The notes under the pieces are model-generated. The model worked only from the letters and a program-made list of their open reading frames with translations, was not told the origin of the DNA and ran no database searches. The translations under genes and the position numbers were made by a program. This document shows positions 8,624 to 16,972 of a DNA stretch of 25,423 bases, one piece after another. The stretch covers positions 1-25,423 of the IMG/VR virus record IMGVR_UViG_3300022916_000084, one strand, 5' to 3'. Each line of letters begins with the position of its first letter. Positions within the stretch are counted from its first letter, which is position 1. This stretch comes from a virus (Duplodnaviria; Caudoviricetes).

Positions 8624-10057
8624 TTAAAAACTTAATTTTTGATTCATTCTTAAATCTCCCATAAGAACTTCTCCAACTCTATTTATTAAATCTTCTCCTG
8701 TAATATCACCATAGACATTTATAGTAAGACCTCCTCCAATTCCACTAGCATTACTTTTATTTAAAGGCACAACTGCTTCTGGTCCGGCTTCTCCAATCAT
8801 TGCTATTGTAGGCTTATTAACAATTCCACCTTTAGCTAATCGTGGTATTTGTGGTATCAATGGTATATTAATTCCCGGTACTGAGTTTATTCCTCGTTGA
8901 ATTGAGTTTGCTTTTCTAACAAACCAATTTAATTTATCAATTACATAATTTATCATTGCCTTGATACCATCTTTTATTGAATCAATCACTCCACTAATAA
9001 CTGTTTTTATTCCATTCCAAATATTTGATGCTCCTTGTCTTATTTTATCCCAATTTTTAACTAATAATACTCCAATAGCTATTAAAGCTCCGACTGCTAC
9101 GATTACTGCTAATACAGGCCAAGATAATAGAGCAAAACCAGCAATTATTGGTGGTAAAGCTAATCCTATTAGTCCTAATACTGTTAATAATCCAAATAAA
9201 GAAGCAGTGGCTATAATTATTACCTTAGTTAATTTAGGATTTTCTTGTACCCATTCAGAAACTTTAGCAATTACTGGTAATAATTTTTTCAATAGATCAT
9301 CAATTATTGGTAGAAAAACAGTACCTATTGTTTCTGATACATCTTTCATTGTAGCTTGTAATTCTTGTTGTCGTCTTATAAAACTATCTTGATTCTCTGT
9401 AAAGCCTTCGATAGCATCAGAACTTTGATTAGTTATTTGAGCTAACAATGCTTGAGCTTGTATTTGAGTTCTCATTGCAGGATCTAAATCATTAAGAGTT
9501 TGACCTTCTTGTAATAAGCCTTCATTTAAGGCTACAACTTCTAAAGTAGTTATTCGAGCATCAATACCATACTGTTTTAATGGCTCACTAGAACCAACTA
9601 AACCAGATTTAATAGCATTTAATACTTGTTCTGGATTAACATCATTAAAAGCTGAAATTTTATTTGATAAATCGAGAAAATCTTTAGTCATTCCCTGTGC
9701 ATTTTCCCTAGAAACTCCCATAGGAACTAATAAATCCTGAACTCCTGAAGCCATCTTAACAATATCTCGAGTAGCAGTAGGCATTTCTTTTCTTAAAGAG
9801 TTGACAAAATCTAACATTTCTTCTTTACCATCACCAAAAACAGTATTAAATTTAGCCATAGCACCTTCCATTTCACCAGCATCTTTAACAGCTTTACCTA
9901 TTCCAACAGTTATAGCAGTAAGTCCAGCAACACCAACAACCGACATTTTCTTAAATGCCTTTTTATTATTTTTTAGTGTACCACTTAATTTATTCAAATC
10001 TTTACTAGCTTGATCTTTAAGTGTTAATAATAGTTGTAATGTTCTACTTTCTGCCAT
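8624..10057 (-). CDS. Tail tape measure protein (short, 477 aa)
   Basis: N-terminal LTLKDQASK; helical Ala/Leu-rich body; hydrophobic stretch; C-terminal LAKGGIV..PT.AMIGEAGPEAVVPL. Confidence 0.9.
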   Translation of the reverse strand: MAESRTLQLLLTLKDQASKDLNKLSGTLKNNKKAFKKMSVVGVAGLTAITVGIGKAVKDAGEMEGAMAKFNTVFGDGKEEMLDFVNSLRKEMPTATRDIVKMASGVQDLLVPMGVSRENAQGMTKDFLDLSNKISAFNDVNPEQVLNAIKSGLVGSSEPLKQYGIDARITTLEVVALNEGLLQEGQTLNDLDPAMRTQIQAQALLAQITNQSSDAIEGFTENQDSFIRRQQELQATMKDVSETIGTVFLPIIDDLLKKLLPVIAKVSEWVQENPKLTKVIIIATASLFGLLTVLGLIGLALPPIIAGFALLSWPVLAVIVAVGALIAIGVLLVKNWDKIRQGASNIWNGIKTVISGVIDSIKDGIKAMINYVIDKLNWFVRKANSIQRGINSVPGINIPLIPQIPRLAKGGIVNKPTIAMIGEAGPEAVVPLNKSNASGIGGGLTINVYGDITGEDLINRVGEVLMGDLRMNQKLSF

Positions 10058-10259
10058 TTTTCGCTTTTAATCTATTAAATTTTTCTATATTATTTTTCGC
10101 TTTTATTATAGTAAAATAATCTAGTACATCTTTCTGCTTCATATTTCTTATTTGATCTGGTGTCCAATGGTATCTCTCACTTAACATTTCAAATAATACT
10201 ATGTTTGATGGTGGCTTCTTTCCTTTAATTTCATCGACAGCACGATTAACATTTAATCT
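10044..10259 (-). CDS. Tail assembly chaperone C-terminal extension (gpGT-like), reached by -1 frameshift
   Basis: Open -1 frame after the A9 run: RLNVNRAVDEIKGKKPP...ERYHWTPDQIRNM...NGRK*; stop overlaps the tape measure start. Confidence 0.8.
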   Translation of the reverse strand, partial: RLNVNRAVDEIKGKKPPSNIVLFEMLSERYHWTPDQIRNMKQKDVLDYFTIIKAKNNIEKFNRLKAKNGRK

Positions 10260-10606
10260 TTTTTTTTACCAATTTTATCTAATTCTTCCATTAATAAATT
10301 ACCATCATCAATATCTAAATTATAAAGCCAATCTCTAGTGTAAGTTATTTTCTTCTCTCCTTCTCTGATTTCCTTGATACATACCTCTGCCATTTTATAC
10401 TTACCATTTATTAAAGATTCTCCTAATCCCAAATCAATATCTAAATCTTTTGCATCATCTTCAGTCATTCCCGGTTTTAAATTATTTACCTTAGTTGCTT
10501 GATATAAAGTAGCTTGAATATCACTAGCTTCACCCCAAGATAAATAAGTAATTATGTCAACCTCACACTTGCTTAGTTTTATGGTTTTGATTTCTCTATT
10601 TTCCAT
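10253..10606 (-). CDS. Tail assembly chaperone (gpG-like)
   Basis: Between tail tube and tape measure genes; ends GGT AAA AAA AAA GAT TAA (slippery site). Confidence 0.8.
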   Translation of the reverse strand: MENREIKTIKLSKCEVDIITYLSWGEASDIQATLYQATKVNNLKPGMTEDDAKDLDIDLGLGESLINGKYKMAEVCIKEIREGEKKITYTRDWLYNLDIDDGNLLMEELDKIGKKKD

Positions 10607-10710
10607 TATATTGTTGTTATTATTAAAATAAATATTATTAAGAAGAATACTGCTATTACTGATGTTATAATTCTTCCTGTTTTGATTCCTTTTTTAATAT
10701 AGTCTGTCAT
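10606..10710 (-). CDS. 34-aa single-TM peptide, not in ORF track
   Basis: MTDYIKKGIKTGRIITSVIAVFFLIIFILIITTI*; A-rich leader AAACAAAATT-ATG like other genes; TAATG coupling to the chaperone start. Confidence 0.6.
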   Translation of the reverse strand: MTDYIKKGIKTGRIITSVIAVFFLIIFILIITTI

Positions 10711-10725
10711 AATTTTGTTTATATT

Positions 10726-10749
10726 AGGGGAGGGTTGTTAGCCCTCCCT
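10726..10749 (-). terminator. GC-rich hairpin after tail tube gene (weak terminator or mRNA stabiliser)
   Basis: GGGAGGG-CTAACAA-CCCTCCC stem; no good U-tract on the minus strand. Confidence 0.45.
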
Positions 10750-10757
10750 GAATTTAA

Positions 10758-11747
10758 TTAGCTTAAAGGTATATCGTATTCAGTAGTAAGATTTCTAAGA
10801 ACTAATGAACTTTGTTCTCCATCAGTTTCATTGAAAAATGCTTTAACACTTACTGGCTGTCCTACTAATTCACCAGCTCCAGCATCATCCCTATTCCAAT
10901 CTTGAACTTGAACTCTATTAAGAATCATAGTAATTGTAGGATAAGTTCCACCACCTAAATCAGCATCACCAGTAATAGTGATTGACATATATTTATAAGT
11001 ATCAGCTAGATAAAGGTCTTTGAAAGTATCATCATCATAGTTCAAAGTAAAGTCAACATCTAAGGCAATTTTACCATTATAAATATCATCTGGAGCATAA
11101 GCACCTAAAATATGATCTACAATTAAACCTAGATCCCATTTAATACTAACATCCTTTGGTTTAATAGCAGTTGCTCCGGCTAAACCACCTTCAGTATCAG
11201 CAAGTTTGATAACAATATCTTTTCCGATAAAATCATATTCAGTATCATAACTAGGTGTATCAGTATTCGCTACGCTATCCTTAGCCATAAATTCAGCAGT
11301 AAACTTAACATAATCATCAACACTAGCAGATATTTCTAAAGCACTAACCATAGCATTTTGATAAGCTTCTTGACTATTAGCACCATCTTTAGCATAAACA
11401 GTCAATGAAGGATTTTGAATTGTATTACCTACTGAAAATGTATGATCGTAAACGCTTCCAGATACAACAGAACTAGAACAAGCACCAAAAACATTATAAA
11501 AAATATAACCAATCATATCAGCTTGAACATTGCCCTCTAAAGAACCTTCAAACCATTTTTTAACAATTCGAGCACCTAAAGATTCTTCTAATCTATTTCT
11601 GGTACTTTCATCTACTTTCTTTTCAGCCTTAGGAACGATGTTAGCTGTTATTTTTTTAACCCATTTTTCTGCAGTAGCCCAAGCAGTACCTCTTACATTC
11701 TCAATACCTAAGCCTACTTCAATTTGTTGTCCAATTATTTCACCCAT
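10758..11747 (-). CDS. Major tail tube protein
   Basis: 329 aa acidic beta-rich protein; VGLGIE..RGT, YDHTF, PSLTV motifs; position after the tail terminator. Confidence 0.8.
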   Translation of the reverse strand: MGEIIGQQIEVGLGIENVRGTAWATAEKWVKKITANIVPKAEKKVDESTRNRLEESLGARIVKKWFEGSLEGNVQADMIGYIFYNVFGACSSSVVSGSVYDHTFSVGNTIQNPSLTVYAKDGANSQEAYQNAMVSALEISASVDDYVKFTAEFMAKDSVANTDTPSYDTEYDFIGKDIVIKLADTEGGLAGATAIKPKDVSIKWDLGLIVDHILGAYAPDDIYNGKIALDVDFTLNYDDDTFKDLYLADTYKYMSITITGDADLGGGTYPTITMILNRVQVQDWNRDDAGAGELVGQPVSVKAFFNETDGEQSSLVLRNLTTEYDIPLS

Positions 11748-11769
11748 ATTTTTTTAATTATTATTTATA

Positions 11770-12192
11770 TTAATTTGTAGTCATTAAATTGACTATTAGA
11801 TTTAATTCTGCAAATACTACTCTACCAGCCTCATTATCAGCAAATCCCCAATCACCAGTATTTAATTTCCACCAGATTCTATGGCCATCTAAAGTTCCTT
11901 GATTCCAATCTTCATCAAACTGGGCCATTATTTGATCTACTGCTTCAGCTAATATTGTATTTATAGCATTCTGATTTCCAGCTTTTTTCATTTCTTGAAT
12001 AATATATATCTTGAAATTATAACCTTTTAAATTTTCTGCATTAGTTAAAAATTCATTTTCAAACACTGTCGGAATATAGTAGGCACAAGGATAACCGGGA
12101 AAATCTTTAATAGGATAATTATAAACTTTATCATTTAGCTTATCACAAGCCTCTAATGTTGTTTGAATTTTTGGTAACAATGTTGCATACAT
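11770..12192 (-). CDS. Tail terminator / completion protein
   Basis: Size, position, and VY.YP...F.GYPC pattern. Confidence 0.6.
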   Translation of the reverse strand: MYATLLPKIQTTLEACDKLNDKVYNYPIKDFPGYPCAYYIPTVFENEFLTNAENLKGYNFKIYIIQEMKKAGNQNAINTILAEAVDQIMAQFDEDWNQGTLDGHRIWWKLNTGDWGFADNEAGRVVFAELNLIVNLMTTN

Positions 12193-12194
12193 AA

Positions 12195-12608
12195 TTATTT
12201 TGCTAATTCTTTAACTACTTTATCTAAAAATTCTCTTTCTTTCTTTCTTATAAATGGTTTTGCATCCTGTTTAGCTACATCTAGGAAAGGTCTGCCATCC
12301 ATTTTATTAGTTCCTTCGTGGACATATACAGCGTATTTTGCCTTAGTTTCATTAACATATATCTTTGCACTCAATGGTCCAACAAATTTACTTAACACTG
12401 ATCTATCTCTCAAATTACCACTAGCGAATGGAATACCTTTACCTTTACCATTAGGATTACCAACTTCCCACGGAGCTCTCTTTAATAAACTTAGGATATG
12501 AGCCTTTGTCCTTTGAATCATCTTCTGACCTTCTTCTATAACAACTTTAGGATTTCTTTTAATTGCAGTTTCAAACTCTTTAGCTCCTATTAATTTCACT
12601 ACTACCAT
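12195..12608 (-). CDS. HK97 gp10-like tail completion protein
   Basis: SGNLR..., AKYAVYVHEGT.KM.GRPFL motif. Confidence 0.8.
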   Translation of the reverse strand: MVVVKLIGAKEFETAIKRNPKVVIEEGQKMIQRTKAHILSLLKRAPWEVGNPNGKGKGIPFASGNLRDRSVLSKFVGPLSAKIYVNETKAKYAVYVHEGTNKMDGRPFLDVAKQDAKPFIRKKEREFLDKVVKELAK

Positions 12609-12609
12609 C

Positions 12610-12915
12610 TTATTTTCCCTCCTCTACATATACCTCCAAATGTTCATTATCTCCTACATTATTTTTCTGAATTGTTCTAACTGTATAATCAATTCCATTA
12701 AGAGTTATTTTATCAGTTTCATTAATTACTGTATCAACCGGACACCAGACAATATGAGTTAGATTAAACTTTCCTTCAAAAAATTGGATAACATCAGGTC
12801 TAGCTTGTTGAATATGTCCTGTAAATCCATCACCTTTAACATAATCACTATTATTGCCAGTATATACTAATTCTTTTCTAGTAAATGTACTTGTATAAAA
12901 ATTTTCTATTGTCAT
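12610..12915 (-). CDS. Head closure (stopper) protein
   Basis: 101 aa; DKITLNGIDYTV...HLEVYV; position after the adaptor. Confidence 0.65.
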   Translation of the reverse strand: MTIENFYTSTFTRKELVYTGNNSDYVKGDGFTGHIQQARPDVIQFFEGKFNLTHIVWCPVDTVINETDKITLNGIDYTVRTIQKNNVGDNEHLEVYVEEGK

Positions 12916-13535
12916 ATAATTGGTTTAGTATATTGGGCTATTGCTAATTTTGCTCTTTCAAATGCACTCCATCCTTCATCATTATTATAAGATACTGAAT
13001 ATAAACCAATCTTTTCAGATTTAACATTTCCACTAGCACCACCTCGATTAAACATATATATTCCACTAGCTAGAATTGTTGTCGCTAATACTATTGCTTC
13101 AGGTACTGCAACTGAATAACCCCATTTAGCAGTTATCTTATGATTTCCTCTACCTAATAACCAAGCATAACCTCTTAATGCTAATCGTCTTATAGGAGCT
13201 TTTAAGGCTGAAAAGTTAAATGGCATCTTACTATATCCTGCTGAATTAGTACCCTGAACAAACTCTGCAATTGTTGTAAAGCTATCTCCATAATAATTAT
13301 CACCTTTTTGTACAACAGTTATTTCAACACACTCATCAATAGGTAAAATATCCTTATCATTGCCATCAAATAATCTAGAACTAGCCTCTGAATCAGCTAT
13401 AAAGTTTCTTCCAGTTAATTGATCAATAACATCAACGGCTTGATTAATAGCATCATCTGCACTACCAACAGTAATAGTTTTATTCAAAAAAGTATTTATC
13501 TTAGCTTCATCAGTATATTCCTTAGTAATACTCAT
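12912..13535 (-). CDS. Head-tail adaptor/connector protein
   Basis: IDQLTGRNF, ITAKWGY..VPEAI..A, VKSEKIG.YSVSY motifs. Confidence 0.8.
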   Translation of the reverse strand: MSITKEYTDEAKINTFLNKTITVGSADDAINQAVDVIDQLTGRNFIADSEASSRLFDGNDKDILPIDECVEITVVQKGDNYYGDSFTTIAEFVQGTNSAGYSKMPFNFSALKAPIRRLALRGYAWLLGRGNHKITAKWGYSVAVPEAIVLATTILASGIYMFNRGGASGNVKSEKIGLYSVSYNNDEGWSAFERAKLAIAQYTKPII

Positions 13536-13909
13536 ATATTTTTATTAATATTTTTCCAATTATTATATTTTATATCAAATTTTCTATGGCATTTTTTACA
13601 TAAAGCTTTATAATCATTAGTATTTCTTCTGTATTTGTGATCTATATTAGCCCAATCTTCTGCTTGTTTTCCACAATCAATACATTTATGTTCTTTTGCC
13701 ATTCCTAATCTTCTTTCTATCCAGTGATGTATTGCTCCTTTCTTAGCATCATCACCTTTCCACATTCCATTTTTTTCATTAGCACAATGACCTTTAATTC
13801 CTTTATTCCAACCAGCTATTAATTTAATATTTTTAGGAGTTTTACCTTTCATAGCTTCACTTACTTTCTTTTTATGTTCTTCCGTTTGTTTGTATCCTTT
13901 AAAGGGCAT
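13532..13909 (-). CDS. NUMOD3 + HNH-like zinc-finger protein
   Basis: TEEHKKKVSEAMKG (NUMOD3-like); NGMWKGD, CxxC, WANIDH, LCxxCH. Confidence 0.7.
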   Translation of the reverse strand: MPFKGYKQTEEHKKKVSEAMKGKTPKNIKLIAGWNKGIKGHCANEKNGMWKGDDAKKGAIHHWIERRLGMAKEHKCIDCGKQAEDWANIDHKYRRNTNDYKALCKKCHRKFDIKYNNWKNINKNI

Positions 13910-14189
13910 TTATTTTGTTTTACGTTTGTAAGATCTTTTCTTTCTTTCAACAACTTCTTTCCTTTTAATATCAGTTGTTCTAACACCAGATACTAATACT
14001 AAGTTCTCATTATCTTGTTCTGTATGGCTTAATATTCTAGCACCAGTTTTCTTATTTTTGTAAATAAATTTATACATATTTTTATCCTTTCCAATTATTA
14101 TAATTTATATCAAATGCTCGGTGGCATTTAGTACATAAAGCTTTATAATCATTAGTATTTCTTCTGTATTTGTGATCTATATTAGCCCA
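13597..14189. repeat. 58-bp perfect direct repeat (13597-13654 and 14132-14189)
   Basis: tacataaagctttataatcattagtatttcttctgtatttgtgatctatattagccca present in both HNH genes. Confidence 0.9.
13910..14077 (-). CDS. Small basic hypothetical protein (55 aa), not in ORF track
   Basis: MYKFIYKNKKTGARILSHTEQ...RKKRSYKRKTK*; fills the gap between the two HNH genes with A-rich leader and abutting stop/start. Confidence 0.65.
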   Translation of the reverse strand: MYKFIYKNKKTGARILSHTEQDNENLVLVSGVRTTDIKRKEVVERKKRSYKRKTK

Positions 14190-14564
14190 TTCAATTTTTG
14201 CTTCTTCTCTAGTTTTACCACATTCTTCACATTGTTTAGGCTTTCCTTTTTCTCTATCTACCCATCTATGAAGTGCAAAATAACCTACTTTATCACCTTT
14301 CCACATTCCATTTCCTTTACCTTTAGTCTGAGTTATCTTTAATCCTTTATTCCACGGCTCTTTTCCTAAACGATATTTATTACCTTTCATTTTTTCCGAC
14401 AAATGTTTCTTAAATTCTTCACTATTAGTTTTAGTTCCAATCTTACCTTTATAAGAACATTCTCTAGAACAATACTTATGTCTATTAATCCAATCTTTTT
14501 GACTTTCATTTATTGGTTTTTTAAATTCCTTGTTACAATACAAACACCTTTTTACTTGTTTCAT
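14082..14564 (-). CDS. Zn-finger + NUMOD3 + HNH-like protein
   Basis: Likely start MKQVKRC at 14564; CxxC...YCSREC, SEEFKKHLSEKMKG, NGMWKGD, CxxC, WANIDH, LCxxCH. Confidence 0.7.
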   Translation of the reverse strand: MKQVKRCLYCNKEFKKPINESQKDWINRHKYCSRECSYKGKIGTKTNSEEFKKHLSEKMKGNKYRLGKEPWNKGLKITQTKGKGNGMWKGDKVGYFALHRWVDREKGKPKQCEECGKTREEAKIEWANIDHKYRRNTNDYKALCTKCHRAFDINYNNWKG

Positions 14565-14570
14565 ATAATT

Positions 14571-14619
14571 GCTTTCGAACCTTATTGGGTCTAGCGGTTC
14601 GAAATGCCGACCCAATAGG
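14571..14619 (-). promoter_or_regulatory. Structured RNA element (hairpin with pseudoknot or alternative pairing) between capsid stop and HNH start
   Basis: CCTATTGGGTC/GACCCAATAAGG stem; loop TTTCGAACC complementary to downstream GGTTCGAAA. Confidence 0.55.
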
Positions 14620-14657
14620 AACAATTAAATTATTGTTAAATATAAATACTATTACGC

Positions 14658-16016
14658 TCAAGCTGATGCACTGGCAGTTGTCAATTTAGTAAGAGCAGTA
14701 GGAATGATAAAGATAAATCCAACTCTTTCAACCCATCTAACAGCTTTTCTATCAGTAGTGATAAGATTAATATCAGCATCACCAGCAACATTTCTAACTA
14801 CACCAGCATTAAACATTTCAGCTTTCAATCCACCCTTAATACCATAAATAGATGCTTTCTTCATATCTCCGAAAAGAACGAAAGAAGTATCAACAGCAGT
14901 TTCAGATTTTTCAGGCATTACTTCAACTTCTACAACTGGTTTACCCCAAATAGTAGCAGGTCCAGTTTCACTAGGAGCTTGATAAAGATAAATACCATCA
15001 GTAGATTTAAGAGTTCTGATAAGACCTAGAATAGAGATGTGCATATAAAACTTACCATTCTTTCTAGCACCTTGAGGAGTAGCAACAATCATATCCCATA
15101 GATCTTCTGCATCCATAGAAGCAAATGTAGTACCTGTCATAGTAACTTCATTAACAGAAGTATTCACTAAAGCTCCAGTAAAACTACCATAAGTAGAAGT
15201 ACCATCACCATTAAAGAATGCTTCATCTTCTTTTTCAGCAAAACCTTCAGCAACACGACTAGCTAAGAAACTGAATAAATCAACTTCCTCATCATCAAGC
15301 AATTCGTTAGTTAAAGTACAAATAGCACCTAATTTCTTAAGTTCTAAAGTAGATTGACCTAAAACAGCTTGAGTAGATCCAATTACACCAGCTTCATCAA
15401 CCCAGTTTACAGTTACATCAGTTACTAGATCATTAGCTTTATAACTGTTCTTTGATAAAGTGATAACACTAGCTTCTCGTCTAGCAACTCCATATTCAGT
15501 AACCAAATGTCTAATTTCAGCACTTAATTCAGAATCTACAACATAACCACCATAAGGAGTACCAGTAGCATCAGTAGTCATTTCTTTCAACATAGAATCA
15601 TCACCATTCAAGATAGCGTGAGCAATTCCTTTCATTACCTGATTCATTTTCTTCCGTTTAGCTTCCTTTTGAATCTCAGGGTTATAGATACCAGCTTTCT
15701 TAGATTTTAACTCGATTTCTTCTTTAACAGCTTTTTCTAATTTAGCATCAAATTCTTCTTTATACTCTTTAGCAATTTCTTCTCGAGCAATTTTCAACTC
15801 TTTCTTTAGAAAAGCCTTTGCTTCCTCTTTAACTTCTTTATCTTCACCTTCTTTAACTTCTTCTTCAGGTAGAGCATCAACTTTCTCAACTTCTTCTTTG
15901 ATCTCTTCTTTATCTTCCTTCGGAAGTTTCTCAACTTCATTAGCAACCTCTTCCTTTTCGTCCTTAGTTGCCCAGCCCTTCTCAATAAGAGCTAATAATT
16001 TTTTTAACAAATTCAT
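14658..16016 (-). CDS. Major capsid protein, HK97 fold, with N-terminal delta/scaffold domain
   Basis: Charged coiled-coil N-terminus; GGYVV, WVDEAG, KKLGA...TNELLDD, EDEAFFNGDG, IWGKPV, LFGD motifs. Confidence 0.95.
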   Translation of the reverse strand: MNLLKKLLALIEKGWATKDEKEEVANEVEKLPKEDKEEIKEEVEKVDALPEEEVKEGEDKEVKEEAKAFLKKELKIAREEIAKEYKEEFDAKLEKAVKEEIELKSKKAGIYNPEIQKEAKRKKMNQVMKGIAHAILNGDDSMLKEMTTDATGTPYGGYVVDSELSAEIRHLVTEYGVARREASVITLSKNSYKANDLVTDVTVNWVDEAGVIGSTQAVLGQSTLELKKLGAICTLTNELLDDEEVDLFSFLASRVAEGFAEKEDEAFFNGDGTSTYGSFTGALVNTSVNEVTMTGTTFASMDAEDLWDMIVATPQGARKNGKFYMHISILGLIRTLKSTDGIYLYQAPSETGPATIWGKPVVEVEVMPEKSETAVDTSFVLFGDMKKASIYGIKGGLKAEMFNAGVVRNVAGDADINLITTDRKAVRWVERVGFIFIIPTALTKLTTASASA

Positions 16017-16029
16017 AAAATTATTATTA

Positions 16030-16920
16030 TTATTTAATTTTTAATAGTCCTCTAATAGACTTATTCACTAAGCGTTTATATTCGGCTCTGTCGGTTGGAT
16101 CATCAACCGAGTTTCGTTTTAGCTCCTCGCCTACGCTTTTAATTGAATAAGCAATAGTTTCCATTATTTGAACTTTTTTACTTTTTACTTTAATTGTTTC
16201 TTCACTTTTAGGTACGATTGGTTTTGGCTCATCTTTTTTGGATTTTTTAACTTTAATCCTCTTTCCTTTACTATCGTTGTTTTCGTTGGCCTTAAGTTTG
16301 GTCTTGTCTTTAGCTTTATCTTTAACATTATCTCCTGATTTCTTAGTGGATTTTTTATTACCTTTTTTATTTTTCGCATATGTTTTATTTATTTTTTCAA
16401 ATAATGCTTCTGGATTGGCAGGAACACTGACGATAGATAATTCTAGTAATTCAGATTTTAATATATTATATTTCTCATCAAACTCTTTAGGAATAAAACC
16501 AATGGATACAGCGTTTATAAAACCAGCTTCTAGCATTTCTTTAGCTAAAGCACCTTTAGGATTCATTTCAGCAAATACTACTGTTCCCTGTAATTTCTTA
16601 TCTTTAGTCTTTACATTTTTAACTTTACCTAAAATATGCTCAATACCATCATAATTATGGCTATCTAAAACAACAGGATTCTTCTTAAAACTCTTTAAAT
16701 CAAAATCTTGATATACTATTTCATAATGTCTATCCTCTTTAGCAGTGGACATAACAACATTAAAACCATCTTCAACTGATTTAGATTTCTTAACATTTAT
16801 AAAAGAATCTACTGAAATACCTTTATAGCCTTTTGCTTTTAGTTTTTTCCAAAGGTCTTTATAGTTCTTAACTTTGTAAGAAGCGAATGATCTATTATTC
16901 AATTTGTAAAATTTTATCAT
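16030..16920 (-). CDS. HK97-type prohead protease with Lys-rich C-terminal extension
   Basis: DRH.EIV, NPVVLDSH, AVSIGFIP, LLELSIVSVPANPEA. Confidence 0.9.
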   Translation of the reverse strand: MIKFYKLNNRSFASYKVKNYKDLWKKLKAKGYKGISVDSFINVKKSKSVEDGFNVVMSTAKEDRHYEIVYQDFDLKSFKKNPVVLDSHNYDGIEHILGKVKNVKTKDKKLQGTVVFAEMNPKGALAKEMLEAGFINAVSIGFIPKEFDEKYNILKSELLELSIVSVPANPEALFEKINKTYAKNKKGNKKSTKKSGDNVKDKAKDKTKLKANENNDSKGKRIKVKKSKKDEPKPIVPKSEETIKVKSKKVQIMETIAYSIKSVGEELKRNSVDDPTDRAEYKRLVNKSIRGLLKIK

Positions 16921-16972
16921 ATTTTTAAATTATTTATATTTATTCATACTTGACATTATTATTAATTTATTG

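Noticed and set aside
10056-10105. Repeated atttttcgctttta near the tape measure start
   Set aside because: Short A/T-rich repeat encoding KAKN twice; no further structure
13597-14189. Possible diversity-generating retroelement template/variable repeat or CRISPR repeat
   Set aside because: Only two copies, both coding, no adenine-specific mismatches, and no reverse transcriptase or cas gene in the window
14565-14624. Upstream ATG at 14624 for the HNH gene
   Set aside because: The extension runs through the RNA hairpin; 14564 has the genome-typical AATTAT-ATG context
16185-16379. 64-aa alternate-frame ORF in the protease tail
   Set aside because: Fully nested in A-rich low-complexity coding sequence with no independent support
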